A DNA stretch of 63,671 nt, the filler included, from Cercozoa sp. M6MM (lineage: Eukaryota; Protista; Endomyxa: Ascetosporea), in the NCBI GenBank assembly GCA_040357565.1. It is 11 parts of 11 records of this genome, joined end to end, with 100 filler letters (N's around TTAATTAATTAA, not from the genome) between each part and the next. Parts side by side here need not be neighbours in the genome. Positions count along the whole stretch, not along the records: positions 40,786 to 59,650 come from JBDODJ010000223.1; 10 more parts are not named here. One strand, given 5' to 3'. Numbering within the stretch: position 1 is the stretch's first letter; every line of letters begins with the position of its first letter. The position numbers were made by a program, and so were the translations under genes. Below are positions 40,686-54,897 of the stretch, piece by piece. The notes under the pieces are model-generated. The model had not been told where the DNA came from. It did no database searches and saw only the letters and a list, made by a program, of their open reading frames with translations.

Positions 40686-40846
40686 NNNNNNNNNNNNNNN
40701 NNNNNNNNNNNNNNNNNNNNNNNNNNNNNTTAATTAATTAANNNNNNNNNNNNNNNNNNNNNNNNNNNNNNNNNNNNNNNNNNNNGGGGGGGGGGGGTGA
40801 GAGAGACATAAGCAGAAGCGAAGGGGGCAAGGGCAAACAAAATTAC

Positions 40847-42480
40847 ATTGCTGTCCGAGTCGAGAGGTTGCGGCATCGGCAGACGCGTGCGTTGCCGACG
40901 TTGTTCGATAGGTGACATCATTCGCATCGCTGTGTCGCCTCCGTTTGAGGTTGTGTGCGACATGCTTCGTGTCGGGCCTGCCACTACACCCAGGGAGTTA
41001 TACCCTTTTAGAACCCCAATTTCCACCTACCAGAAAGAGAGCTGCCGCCAGAGTGGACACTGTTGGCATCAAAGTCAATGACACCGAAGGAGCCAGGTGA
41101 TTCGGCTCTTTCTAGTGCCAGCGGAGACAGTTGAAGCACCGGGAACGACAGCGGCAGCGGCAAAGTGCCCCGCAGAGACGGAATCGAAGGCATCGATATG
41201 CCAGAGGAGGCGCCCGAGGCCGCATATCCTTCTGTCCGTGAGACTGGTTGTTGAACCACATTGTTCAGTGTCACTGCATCTGCAATGGCCGTCGTCACTG
41301 CCGTCGCTTCGTGAACCTGCGGTCCGTCCTCGCTCTTGGCGATCCAGAACATGCGCACTCGTAACTCGTCCTTTTTGTCTGCATGAAAAGTCAGTAGACA
41401 CACTTCAGTTAAAGTAAGCGTACCACCCGACGCGAGAAAAGCGCGCCACTGAGCTTCCTCTTTTAGCGGGTGCGTCTCTTGTGTCGTTTCTTTGAACATG
41501 GCCAACAACGGCACGCACACGCGACTGTTCGGCGACATGGCGTCGTGCAGACTGCACACGAGCACGTCGCTGCTTTCTTTGCTGTTGGCTTTGAGCAGCA
41601 CTGTGCGAGCCTACTCAAACAGAGGTAAAAGAGAGTGCGGAATCCTGGGTTTAAGGGTGGTACCACAGCCCACTGTTGAGCAAAGTGGGTGGCAGGTCCA
41701 GTTGCGCCCGTGTTGGGAGTTTGGCGAACGCTCTGAGCGCAAGCATCGCCCACCTGCACAGCGAACTGCAGCAAGGACGTCTCTGCAGGCGACACTGACA
41801 GCGTCAGACGACGATTTGGCGACTGAATGTCGGCATCTGTGGCCGAAATCTGCAGAAACACAACTTCAGTTGTAACTTACTCGGCTCACCACTGAACAAA
41901 ACAGAACTGACAGAGACTGTGATGACACAATCGTCGCACGAATGCGACAGCTTTGACTGCGCTGCGTCAATCTGCGACGCCAGACTCAGTGCATCTTGCT
42001 CCATGACTGAACACGAATAATATCAACGATGCGATTTGCGAGCGACCTGTCCCAGCGGAAGAATCTGAAAAGCAAACATGCATATAAGTAGTCGGCACAC
42101 CTGGCAACTTACAACGAAAAGAGAGAGTCGTGACTGTGCACCAGTAAAACTGACTCACAAAACTGCAGAGACTGCGTATACTGCTCCGATATTTTGCTCT
42201 GAATTCCGAACCCTGTGGCTTTCGGATCCACACGCTGTTGCTGCAGGTGCGCGAACAAAAACACCGAAGCCTCTCGTGCAAACTCACACCGATGTACTTT
42301 ACACAGCGCAGTGCTTCTGCAGCAGACGCCCCGCGCCTCGTTCTCGACGTTTTGTGCGATAGAGAACCACACCTCGCGTTTCCCCAAGTTTCCCGTGCCC
42401 AGTGACTGAAACGCGCAAGAAACGACACTCGAGGTGTTTGACGCGGGATGTCGACTCAAGCATCCAGCCAGCAACTGAGA
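40847..42480 (-). CDS. Hypothetical protein (multi-exon, boundaries uncertain)
   Basis: Several open exons with GT-AG flanks; no motif recognised. Confidence 0.45.
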
Positions 42481-42843
42481 TTGGGGAAGGATTAGAAGGA
42501 CTGAACCGAAACTCAAGCTGACCTCCAAAACGACGAAAGGCCGGAGGGTGTAAATAAAATAGTATGTAGAAGTTAAGGGTAGCTAAAATTTACAACCGTA
42601 CGCAGGAAGGAAAGCGTCTGGGAGACTTAATCGTTTGCTTTCGGCGGCCACTCCATCTGATCAGATCGTGACCAATCAACCGTGGCGCAGAAAACCGAGT
42701 TCTGTCCGTTCTGGCTTGTGGTGTTGTAAGAGAGAAGCCCGGACAGCCTAAAGAGCACCCAGCTCACTAGAGCCCCGATCTGGCACGTTTTAAGGTTTTG
42801 TGGTGGCCACCTCTGTTTCGTGGAACTCTCGTGCGTGTGTGGC

Positions 42844-44681
42844 ATGGAGTTACGCTTCGCCGACACAAGCGACCGTGCCTTTATCGCGCTGCAGCGGATC
42901 ATAGCAGACGCGTTAGATGGGCACTTGATGCAGCAACATGTATCCGAAGGCAACGCTGACGCTCGCGTTCGGTAAAGTTGAGCAGTTTCCGCGCGGATGT
43001 GTGCCTTGACCCGTGCCACACTTTGAGCAGGCGATTGCTGCTTTTGTCAACGCTGTCGATACATAGAATCGGATCGCGAGTATTGCGAACCGCAAACGAC
43101 GACAGTGATGTCAGTTTTTGCTAGCTTTTCTTCCCCAATTTCCTTTGACCTTGAGCTTTGCTATCGGTGCATGGTGCAGGCTGACTTTGCGCTGACGTAC
43201 ACGGACTGGTCGCAAACGGCCAGTAGGATACGAAATCTGCCGAAACTGCTCGCTGAGAAAGGCCCAGCTGAGAAAGCGCAATTTCGAGCACGTTTCAAGT
43301 GGTACACTGATGTTCCGGAATTCCTTCAGATTTCGAGAAAACGTGAGTGCCGCAGGATATGCGAAAACGTGAGTGCCGAAGTTTCCTCGTGGCAAAGAGA
43401 TTTCATGTTTCAGCCGCGACGAGCAGCTCTTGGTGCCGAGCTATTGACACTCTAGATCTGGAGATTGACTGGAATTAGTTCTCGTACATCCTGTGCAGAT
43501 GCACTACGAGGCCTGCAGACCTTGCTGCTGCACCGCAAGCACACTGTCTCAAAATCTAGAGAAAAAAGAATACCACGTGGTGTTCGCACTGACGACGAGG
43601 ATGACACAGATGTAAATTGCTTTAATACTGTAAAATTTGGTCTGTACTTGACTAAAAAGTTAAAAGTTAAAAAAAAAAACTGTATAGGCGCGCGGGCACT
43701 TCCAACCGACTGCATTTCTGTCGCACGCTCTCTGTGGCATCGAGTTGCGTGCTGGTAGTTTCTCCTTTAGGCAATGTTTGCTGAGTCTAATGTATAAATT
43801 TAGAGGCAAGAGTGCCGTTGCTGCGACTGTACCTGTCGGAAGGGACAGTGTGCGACATCACGGTGGCACATGCTTCATTGCTGGGCAAACAACGACGCGT
43901 GAATGAACTGCTGGACGCCGCCTACGAGGAGACAGACTGCTGTGCTCGCACCGTGGTCCGACGTCTCAAACGACTCTTTAAGATGGCGCACCTCATCGAC
44001 AGTCTCGGCGGCGCATGGAACTCCTTTTGCGTGACGCTCATGTGCATCGCTGCTGTGCGTCGGCACGCTGGTATACAAATCATGTTATCCCTACCCTTGT
44101 CCGTATCTATCCCTATGCTTGTACTCTGTAGGCGCGATACGAGCGCAGCAGTCACCGCGCGAACGGCTACGTTTGGCACTGCTGTCGGCCATGATGGACA
44201 TCTACGCGCTGTCGCAGTGCTGCGACCGGTACTACGTGTCGGCCACCGAGGCGCCTTACTTTCTGCGACGCGAGGCACGACACACGGGCACCTGGCTTGT
44301 TGAGGACCCTCTCGATTCCGACGACAATGTCGGTCGCACCTGTCGACACTACGAACACGTGCTCGTGATACGCGAGCGACTACTCAGGTAGCTTGACATC
44401 TATGCTCTTTAGTCTCTCCCGCATACTCTCATCCCGCATACTCTCATCCCAGGCTACTGGCGAGATATCTCCGCATGAGTCGGCAACGAGTCGACTCGAG
44501 GGCACGTCGCGCTGTGCGAGAACTCTTCGCCGAATCGAGGTGCGAGCTCGATGAATTTCAGAAGCACGACAAAAGTGACAGTGAGAAGGAAGAGGAAAGC
44601 GATGTCTTGTCCTTTGAGGGAGACGACGGCGACTCTGATTTCGACACTGACTACTCTGATTGTACCCATGACACCTCGTGA
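42844..44681 (+). CDS. Non-canonical poly(A) polymerase / terminal uridylyltransferase (Cid1/TRF4 family)
   Basis: Spliced IGSRVLRTANDDSDADFAL (GS-x-DxD), ARVPLLRL...CDIT (third Asp), LGGAWNSFCVTLMCI and PAP-associated LVEDPLDSDDNVGR. Confidence 0.8.
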
Positions 44682-45022
44682 TATCGTTTTGTTTAACAGC
44701 ATTCGCAGATAGCAGTCATGTTGAATGCGCTGAAGAGACGCACCTCGCAGAACATGCCAGTCACAACGAAATTGACGCCTAGCTTTGTTTTTGCGAAGCA
44801 CCGCAGCAGAATTTCCAATAACCATACTTCAGCTGTGCAGTTGACAGCAGCACTTGTTACTAGAACAAGAGTACACTACAACATGCTGTACAGTACAAGT
44901 ACATACTTCTTATCTATTGTAGTACGGTCCCGCTGCACCCTTAAAAATTAGAATAAAAAAGGCGGGGTTTAGCGCTGAGCCGCATTGCTTCTCACCTGGA
45001 TTTAGGCACACTGCCCAGTAGC

Positions 45023-48000
45023 AATGCTACTTGTGTTTTCAGTCGATGACCGGCTTCTACGCCTGTTCGGCCATGTTTTTGGAGACAATCTGAGCGACCT
45101 TATTCGCGCCACAGAACTCCTGGGTGACAACAACTTCTGTCCTTTTTATTTAATGTGCTTTTAATGGGTATATTTTGCAGTTGCTCGCAGCGACAAACCA
45201 ACTAACAGGCATGCCCTCTATTATGTAGTTCGTTGCTCTGTGGCTAATATGATGGTTTACAGTGCCTCCCGCGCTGTTGTACTCGGACCTAGCAATGCGA
45301 TCCGTCGTCTGTGCGGCAAAGTTGTCCGTTGAGACTGCACTTATTTGAGTTGCTTTGATGAGTGTATTCTCCGTAGCCCGGCTGCTCGGTCAGCTACGTT
45401 CAGCTTGACGAAGAGTTGCATCGCGTGTGCAAAATTACGCAGCTGTTTGAAAGCAGTGGGCGGTTCTATGAGCACATCGTGCTGGTTCAGTCCAACTTAG
45501 GTGATGCCAAGGCATTCCAACCCGCTCTACAGTATTGTTTAGTTTTAGTGCGTCCCTTTTGTGCCTTTATGTCACTGTTTCGGTCCCCAGGTCACTTCTT
45601 GCGCGTGGAGTGAACAAACTTGATGCGATCACTTCTCAGGCTGTTGATTTTCCTTTGTTCCGGCGGTATATTTTTGCTATAGAACTCGGGTGATATTCAA
45701 CGATCTCAGTTGACATTTGTGTAGCATCTTCAAGCTGACTGATCTGCGAGGCGATAACCATCTTTCATTTGGACACGATACGCCTTTTGGAGGACTGTTT
45801 TCGCAAAGCAGTGTTTCCGAATCATCCAAATATGGCGCCCAAGCGCCGCCGCTTGGATCAGCGCAGTCGAGCTTCTCGCAGACGTGGCCGCAGCCGCGAA
45901 ACTCGCAGTCGCCGTTTTCGCCTCGTCAGGCCGAACTCACGTTGCACCAGCACCAACAATATCAGCAACAGCACGAACATCATCAACTCCAACAACACCA
46001 ACAACACCAGCAACACCAGCTTCACCAACAACGGCATTACCCGTTGTACAAACAAAAGCAGCTACAGTACCAGCAGCAGCAGCAGCAGCAGCGCCAGCAA
46101 CGCGAAGCTCGCAGCAGCCCGACCTCTCAGTCGTCAAAACCTCCTCCTGGCATCCAGATCAAGAGCCTCTGGGCTGTGCGAATCAAAGTCCCCACTGGCG
46201 TTCCGAACTCGGTTTGTTTCTTTCTTTTGATGCTTCAATCACTTTCATTTGATTTTTATTGAATCTCCTGTGATTCAGCTTGTGGAGAACTCGATGAAGA
46301 GCTGCGGCCGTGTCATCAGCTTCAGTTCATCAGGTATGCTGCTTTTTACATCCTCTGGATTGATGCTTTAGCACTGTAAATTTAGGTTCGCGCGGCAAGG
46401 GTCTCGGCAAGGACATTCGCGTGATTTTTTTGAAGCGCGAGTACGCCGTGCGTGCTGCAGAGCAATTCAACGGCAAGAAGAAGCTGTACAACCACAGCTT
46501 GCAAAAGGTACTCTTTGTGTTCTGTTCTGTGCAACTAAAATAGCTTTGATTTACCTAATGGACTGCATTCAGCCCATGTCGGTGCTGGTGGAAGCAAACC
46601 CGCACTACCGATCGCGCTTCGGACGCAAGCTGCGTATTTTCTGTGTCTGTTTGACTTTCTTTTCTCATTGTTGTCTTCTTTGGCAGGACCGAAGGAAGCT
46701 TGGCTGCTACATGCACTGGAGCCCGCAACACAAACACCGCAAGCACCACCGCCCAAACCAGCCGTATCGAAACCAGCCGTATCGAAACCAGCCGTATCGG
46801 CTACGGCCGTGCCGACTGCAGATGTGCCAGCTCCAGTTGCCCCTGCCTCACTGCTTACTGGAGACCAAGTGAACAAACTGCGTCTTGCGTCGACGGATCC
46901 GATTGAGCGCAAGTGTCTGCAGCGCGCCTGTCGCATTCTGCTACATCCGAACCCTGACGAGTACTTGGAAGTACGTCTCTGTTATTCTCTTGTTGTGTAT
47001 TGTTAATCGCAGAATGCTGCTTCATCAGACCGAAGGCACTGATGAGTTGGATCACAACGCCATGGACTTACTGGAGTCGGCGGATGCCATGTATCTTTGT
47101 TAATCCCTCTGTTCTATCGAGTACGAGTCTCTGTCGTGCAAAGTGAACAACGCACGCGTCGCTGCAATGCGCTCGCGTGGATTAATGTAATTCTGTCGCC
47201 TTCCATCGACCGCGAGAGCGGTATCCCTTTGCACACACTCCTTTCACGCTGTTGCCTTCAACCCCTTAATTCAGCCGACTCGATGAAACTGCTCAAGGCG
47301 ACGGGATCCAAGACACATTTGATGATGACCATGCTTTCACAGGCAGTGTACTACGTGCACTTCCGATCCTCCGGAGCGGTACCTTTGTGCTCTCTGAGTT
47401 TTCTTGTTCGTTCGTGTCGCTTAAATGGTTCTGTTGCCTATCGCTCGCTGCAGGAAGAAGACCAGACCAAGCATCGTGCCAGCGAAAGCGAGGTGTGCGA
47501 AGTGCTGCACCGACTGAGCTGCGCACGTGGCTCCGCCAATCTGCATTCATCCTTCTTTAAGATTTTCTCCAGTACCGTGCAGAACTTGGACGTCACGCCG
47601 CGTGAGATTGGTACGATTGCTTTTCCCCTGCGACGATGCAATGCTCGTGCGAACACTCTCGGCTTGAGCAGTGGAGTACGCCAAGTTGATTGGTCTCGTC
47701 GACAGCGAAGACGGCGTGCTCAAGCTCGCCGACTCGGCTGTCGACGTTATGAAACTCTTCTTGATCCCGAACACTCCGGGTAGGATTGGCCTTTTGCGAC
47801 CGCCATGCCCGTGTTGAGGACTTTTTATCTGTGTGCTGTCGCAGAGCATCAAGCCAATTCGTGCGTTCGTATCGACGCTTTCTTGATGAAGGAGTACTCG
47901 TGATCGCCCTGCACGACGGCACATGCTTCATCTCTTGCATTACCATTGAGTTACTTGTAGCTCTAACGGTAAGTGTGATTAATGCAACCCGCCGCTACGT

Positions 48001-48060
48001 TACGTTGTGGCTCTAACGTACAAAGTCCGCTAGTGGCATTTGTACTACGGAACACTTAGG
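45023..48060 (+). CDS. Hypothetical protein with Q/H-rich linker and RRM-like domain
   Basis: Poly-Q/H exon 45940-46100; CGRVISF...VIFLKREYAVRAAEQFNGK is RRM-like; Pro/Ala linker with a 15-bp tandem repeat; helical C-terminus. Ends uncertain. Confidence 0.45.
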
Positions 48061-48649
48061 GCTACGCGACGGGGAGCCTCAGCATGCTTTTGTTCCGGCC
48101 ACTACCGCTTTTTGGCTCTCTTGCGTGCCATTCGTGACCTTAAGCCAGGAAGCGTCGCGCTAGGGATTGTCGCTTGTGACCCCGAAGCGGACACCGGTGT
48201 TTAGCTGCCACAAGCTCGTGTTGGGCACAACCCGTATACGATAAGTACGGCCAGCGATGAGCCAGACGCCCCCTTCTTCCGCACGGACGCCACGCCTCAA
48301 GACGTGAGCCTGCACGTGGAGCTGGCCAAATCTTCTGTCAAACCTGCGCCCACTAGCCCCCCCCCCCACCCCCAAGCTTGTCTATGTCCCGGTAGAGACG
48401 ATATAGCATAGATAGTCACGTATACAGCACCCGGCGTGGCTGATTCAGTCTAGATCTACTATCGAGTACCAACGTAAGAAACCAACGATGTAGTCTTCTG
48501 CACGCGCACAGGCCAGCACATCGCATTAGCAGTCCACCCACGCCCGCTTACAGTGAGACGTACGCGACCGCTCCCGTCCGAAACAAAAAGCGAGCCGAAG
48601 AAACGCGCGAGGATCGATACTCTGCGCCGAACGGTCCAGTTCGCGCCGC

Positions 48650-51600
48650 TCAGCGCCGGCGTCGGCGGCGGCTGTGGCTGCGACTATGACTACGCGAGCG
48701 TCTGTTGAAGAAGCATATCACACGAAGAACAAGTGCATGTGACTGTGGACACAAAGTACCTCCTCCGTCGACGACTACGGCTGCGTCTGTAGCACAAAAG
48801 ACACGCATCGCAAAATCCTTGACTCAATCTCAACAAAGCGAAAGCGCAAGTACCTGCTGCGACTGCGACGGCTCCTGGAGCGCGATCGTCTTCGACTTCG
48901 ACTGCGTCGACTGCGACTGCGTCTGCTGCTGCTGCTGCTGCTGCTTCGACTTCTGCAGCGAGCAAAAGCAACTCTTGTTGACAAATTAAAATACTTTGTT
49001 TCGCGCTTACCGAGAGCGATGGCGACGTCTGCTTCGACTTCTTCGACTTCGACTTCTGCTTCTGCTTCTGCTTCTGCTTCTGCTTCTTCGACTTCGACTT
49101 CGGCTTCTTCGACTTCGACTCCGGCTTCGGTAGCGTCGACTGCGCGAACGGCGTCTTCGCCTTCGACTTCGGCTTCGGCTTCGCGTTCGGCTTCGGCGTC
49201 CACTTCGAGAGCGAGTTCGGCTTCGGCGTCCACTTCGAGAGCGAGTTCGGCTTCGGCGTCTGCTTCGACTTCGGCTTCGGCGTCTGCTTCGNNNNNNNNN
49301 NNNNNNNNNNNNNNNNNNNNNNNNNNNNNNNNNNNNNNNNNNNNNNNNNNNNNNNNNNNNNNNNNNNNNNNNNNNNNNNNNNNNNNNNNNNCTTCGGCGT
49401 CTGCTTCGACTTCGGCTTCGGCGTCTGCTTCGACTTCGGCTTCGGCGTCTGCTTCGACTTCGCCTTCTGCTTCGCCTTCTGCTTCGGCTGGAGCTTCGAG
49501 ATCGGCTTCGACTTCGAGATTTGCTTCGAGTTTCGCTTCGAGATTTGCTTCGAGTTTCGCTTCGGCTTGGCGATTGGCCTCGACGCGTTTTCTCGCTTGG
49601 TTTCAAGCTGGTCTCGGAAATTTCTTCCGTGCAGACAGACTCACTCATGGCTTCTGCTGTGGCTGTTGTGGGAACTTTGTCCTCGGCACTCACACTCGAG
49701 TCGTCCAGCTCCATCGAAACTTCCGAATCCGACGTGCTTTCGCTCTCCTGTGGCGAGCGCGGCCTCTTTTCGCCTGCTCAAAACACAAGACTTTGCAACT
49801 CGAAACACAAAGCTTTGCACTCGAAAATACAAAGCTCTCCACTCAAAAAAGAAACACAAAGTAAAACACACCTTGTTCCGGCAGATTAAAAGGACAGATG
49901 GCGTCGCTTTCGGGCGCTTCCGTTCGCTTGAGGAAGGCCGCGGCACTCTCAGCGAACCGAAACGGCACTCTCTTGGTCTATTGAGGCACATTCATAGCCT
50001 TGCTAACGTTGAAAAACACAAGGAAAACAATAAACTACCTCAAAACGAACAAGCGGAAAAACGCGCGTTTCGCCAGAAAAATACAAGAAATCGTCGATTT
50101 CGTCAATTTTAAGAGTTTCTGCCTTGCAAAGCGTTTCCTCTGCTTGCATACGGCAATAGACAGACGGGATACAAGTCGAGAAATGTCATACTACCAGTCA
50201 CAAGGTGGTTGAGGCCCATCAAAAGCAAGACCTCGCGGTGTTGCAAACTCGCTTGACTGAACCAAAAAACTGAACAAGAACACAACAACTCGAGATTAAA
50301 TTACCCGTCGCGTGAAAGGAAGCGCAAACAAGCTTGTTGATGCTTTTTGAGAAACAACGCGCGCAGTTTCGACCATTGGCGATCGCAAATTTGATCGGCC
50401 GCGCTCCACCTTTGGAAAAACAGTCCAAATTTCATTCTTCACATTCAGAAAAGAGAATGATGAACCATCGTAAGTGGCGTCGAAGCAACCAACCCGGTGT
50501 TTGTTCCTTTCCTTCCTGCACGCAGTTGATACATTACACTGCAAACTTTAAAGACGAAACTACCAGCGCCTTCTTGGCAAAGCTGTCGATATCGCCTGCA
50601 TTAAAAAAGTGAAGGACAGGAAAATACAAAAGTTTCGAAACTTGAGGTACCACTTGATTCCACTTGAGTTTCCAGACTCTCTTGAATGCAAGCACGTGTC
50701 TAAACAAAACGATTGTTAACCTCAAGACAAAGCCAGCACAGTGCAGGTACCTCAGTTCCAGCAGAGCACAAGTTGATCGGCAAACGACGCGTCACACAGC
50801 GACCGCGACGTGGTGGTTTCGACGGCGTTTTCGGCGGCCACTCGACGCCCCAGCCGGCGCCGCCGACGTCGAGTTCGACTATGCCGCGCAACGCGTGGCG
50901 TCTCAGCACCTATTTAGCAGGAATTCAACTCAACTCAACTCAACTCAACTCAACTCAACTCAACTCAAAGCAAAAGCAACTCAAAGCAAAAGCAACAAAG
51001 CAAAGGCGACTCCAAGCAAAAGCAACTCAAAGCAAAGTAACTCAACAGAAAACAGCGACTCAAGTTCATACCTCTTGAACATGCGCAAAGGCACAGTCGA
51101 ACTCGTGCTTCAACGATTCCAAATCCACGATCACCACGCGTTGTTTCGCTAAAGAAACATGAGGGGTAGGGGCAAGGGGGAAGGTAAAACCAGACCAACC
51201 ACGAGGCGAAAGCTTGCGCAAATGGCGTCGGAAAACTGCGTGATTCGCGTGCCATTTGAACAGACTGCTGGCGAAATCGCCTGCCAAGGGGGGGGGGGGG
51301 GGGTAAAAGAAGAGAGGTAAAGAGTCAACAATATACCCCTAGGCAGAGGTATCCTCATCATGTCCTCCTGTATCCTCGACAGTTCGGCAGTGGAAATTTG
51401 CGTCTCATTGTCGACGCGTTCGTTGAGCCAATACACCGGCACTCGGCCCTGTCCGAACTCTCGTTTCAGCACGGCCTTGCCTGTCCAAGCAACATCGCGA
51501 AAACATCGCACATCGCCAAGCAACATAGCGCAACATAGCAAAGCACACATCGCAAAGCATCGCTAAAACATCGCTAAAGTCCAGCAAAGCTTTGAAAGTT

Positions 51601-52619
51601 TCAAGCTACGTGAAAAGGCGCGACGATGGAAAAGTTCGATTCGATGCGCTTCTTTGCTGCGCACGCGTACCACCAGATTTATTTCGTCAGTTTCCTGCGC
51701 AAGCCAAAGACGATGTTTCAAAAAGCAAAGCGACAATTTCAAAATACGCGCGTGAAGTAGTCGCTATCATCGTCGTCGCTGCTGCTTTCCGCTTCACCGT
51801 CGCGTTTCTTCGACCGAAACGGCGGCCACATGGCCCAAAGCGTCGCATCGCTCACTTCGCCTTCGAATTCCTCCTCTTCTTCGCTTTCGCTCCTGCTTTC
51901 GCTTTCGTCCAACTGCGAAAATAAATTGGAGCTTGAAACATGAAAATCAAAAAGAAAGGCTACGTCGCGCTTTTGCTTTTTCTTTACTCGGTCATCCTCG
52001 CTTTCAGACTCTTCTTCCCTCTGCGAGTGCAAGCACTTACAAATCAATGCGAAAAGCAATAAAGCAACAGCGAAAGCAATGAAGCTAAAGCTGAAAGCAA
52101 AGCGAAAAAACGAACCACAACGACTGAACTCAAGTAGCGCAAGCAGTTCAAAACCACCGGTCGTCGCACACGCTTTTCGCTCGCCCATCGGCGCAGCACC
52201 TGCGACCACTCCTCTTTCGTCTGCACAAACAACGAGTCACAGCGACGGCGACGTCGCTCAATTTCGAAATTTTTGAAAAAGCGAGCAAAACAAAGTCGAA
52301 ATCAACCGAAAAACGCGAGACTTACCGAGCGCAGATCGCTGGAAGAGATCTTTTCGGCGCGGGACGTCAGCACAAGCGAGAACACGAAAAGCTTTGATCC
52401 CAATCGCGCGAGTGCTGCGCTGCCGCTCTGCAAAACACAAGCAACAGTTGCGAGAGTGTGAAAACAGGTGCGAGCAAAACAAATCAGCACCGGAAGCGCA
52501 TCGACACGTGCCACAAACTCTTGCAGCAGCTCGAGCGTCGGAGCCGTGTCTGCCGAATTTGCCACATCGACCGGCTCGCGCAACGTGGCCTCGAACCCGG
52601 CTAAATCGAGCTCGTTCAT
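48650..52619 (-). CDS. Large protein with C-terminal RS (Arg/Ser) domain; start may lie further upstream (to ~52860)
   Basis: More than 200 aa of RSRSRRRS repeats (48650-49570, interrupted by an N gap) ending RRRRRR-TGA, preceded by an acidic patch and unassigned exons. Confidence 0.7.
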
Positions 52620-52931
52620 GCAGTGATACCTACAGCATGCGCAGACACCTGTCCTGCTCTCTCTTGGGTAGTCTTGAGCTGATGCCGCACACTTAACAAT
52701 AGTCGTTGTGACAGCTTACCGTACTGCTCGTGATGTCCTTCTCGAGGAAGCACTTGAATGCAGAATGCGTATGCACAATGCAGCACTAAGTAAATTCCCC
52801 AATACTATAGTACAGGAAGTTGTCCTTGCCTTGTGGATAAACAAGGACGCGGACTATGGACATTCGTCGCCAACAACGAGGGGCGGGGGCGAGTACAAGA
52901 CAGTCAGGACGTGTTTCTTCGAGGGACGTCA

Positions 52932-54477
52932 TCAGAGATCATCGGCGTCGCTTTCGCCGGCATCGGCCGACCCAGACGGTGCCGTTTCTGACACGGAGAA
53001 GTTCTGATTTACGCTCACCGTCGTGCTGAGTGTCTCATCGTCGATCGGCACGATGTTGCCCACCGTGAGAATGCGGTTCGTGTTGTACCGCGAGGGACCT
53101 GTTTGCTATGTCAAGGGGAGTAGAGAGGGGATGGGGGCGGGGGTTAAAACGAAGTACCATCTCGAGATCGCTATTGCGATTGGTCGTGCTCTGCGATGGC
53201 GACTCTTGCGACTCACGTGCTGCAGGAATCCATCCGGCAATAACGATGGCGATGGCACCAATCACTTGAATGTACGGCTCAGCATGCATCACGCCATCCG
53301 GTCTGTGTACATCAAAGGTGCAACAAAGAAAGTTGGAAAGTTACAGGTAAGGTACAGTGGCTCGATCGGGAAGGCGTAGTCCCAGTCGCCATTGTGCAGT
53401 TCATCCACCACAAACAGCAGCAACTGCAGCAACAACACAAAGACGCCGACGCCCAGCACCAGTTGCACCAGCGAGCGCACCAGCAACTCTCGCAGTCTAA
53501 AAAACAAAGGTACAATAGGAGATCAAAGAAAGCTAACAGATAGTACGCCGATCGAACACTCGAGGTCGACTCGGGCGTGTCGACATAGGTCGCAAGGATC
53601 ATACTTTGCACTGCCGACAGTGCCGTTGCCACCTGTCCAAGAAGTCAGTCATGAATGCACACAGGGGAGGAGACGGGGTAAAGAGTAAAAAGTACAGAGC
53701 AAGCCATTCCACCGGCAATGCCAAAAGGCCACACGATCGGCACCTCGTGATGAAAGTAGTCAGCAATGGCCGTGATCAGAACAGCCAGGCACAAGAAAAC
53801 ACCGCCCAACTCTTGCACCTTCAGCATAAACTTCAGCAGGCCCAGTGGCAGGATTTGCACGCGGTCGAACAGCTCACGATACGTCAGGAAGTTCATGTTG
53901 AGCCGCGTTGACAACTCTAAAGTGAAAGATAGGAAAGTACGGTATATATAATGTACATATATTATAAATTAGAAAGTTAGTACCACTGCAGGTGACGAGA
54001 CAGGTGACGGCGCAGAAGAGACTCAAGTTGGTGGCGCCCAGTGTCATGTTGAGAGGCACATTGTCGTACACTGCAGCCGGGTCAGGGAACAGCTGCGCCA
54101 GTGCAAGCCACGACACCAAGGATAAGGGCGCGCACACACGCTGCGCCAGTGTGAAGTGTTCCGTCAGGATATGACGCCACAGCTTCCACTTGCTCAGTGA
54201 GAGTAGACGCGCGTCCCTTTGCCGCTGCTCGCGTGACACACCGCTTTTCCGCGAGCTTCTGCGGTTCTCTGCTTGCTCGATTTGGGAACTGCAGTAATCA
54301 GGTTGCCGGGTTGCGACTTCAAACAATACTATCAATCACCCAGCTGTACCCAAGTGCCGACTTGGCAGTCGCACATCGGTCCACGAACCGTTTCAACAGC
54401 AGCACTGTTGGTGGAAGCAACAAGATTGTTGCGAGACGGCAAAACCAGATCCGCACCAGATCGACATCTTTTGTCAT
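52932..54477 (-). CDS. Multi-pass membrane hypothetical protein
   Basis: Spliced exons carry several hydrophobic helices (LGGVFLCLAVLITAIA; LVLGVGVFVLLLQLLLFVV; IQVIGAIAIVIAGW). Confidence 0.6.
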
Positions 54478-54897
54478 GTTTCCCGTACAGAACGCACCAC
54501 AGCTGCGCCCTCGCGTACCAAAGCAAAATAAACTACAAGGCGTTGATTGAGCGCGGAAGTAGTCCTCAAGTCCGTCTAATGAAACGCACCCAACCGAAGT
54601 GATCCGTCCATGACGTACAGTGGACAAGGAGCGATATTATCGCTGCTGATGGGAAGTGGAAGGTCAGCGGCCACTGACAACCGTTTATTCTTCGGCTGAC
54701 CTGCAGAAGGACTGGAGTGGTTTGAGAGGCACAAACTGTAAACCCACGTTAGCAAAATGCTATTGTGGCTGGTAAATAATCAAGTTAAACCACAGATAGT
54801 GCTGAGCTGGGGCAGACCGTTCATCTGGACGCAAGATTGTACGAAAAAGATTAAAAACCCCAGCGCTGGTTCCGAACGTGCCTGCGTGGCTTACGGA

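Noticed and set aside
44955-45030. Small RNA gene (GCATTGCT...AGCAATGC hairpin near an A-run)
   Set aside because: Only an 8-bp stem, with no snRNA, tRNA or snoRNA signature.
48100-48650. RNase P/MRP or telomerase RNA in the GC-rich intergenic stretch
   Set aside because: ATTCAGTCTA resembles the RNase P 3' P4 strand but no matching 5' strand was found, and there is no clear telomerase template.
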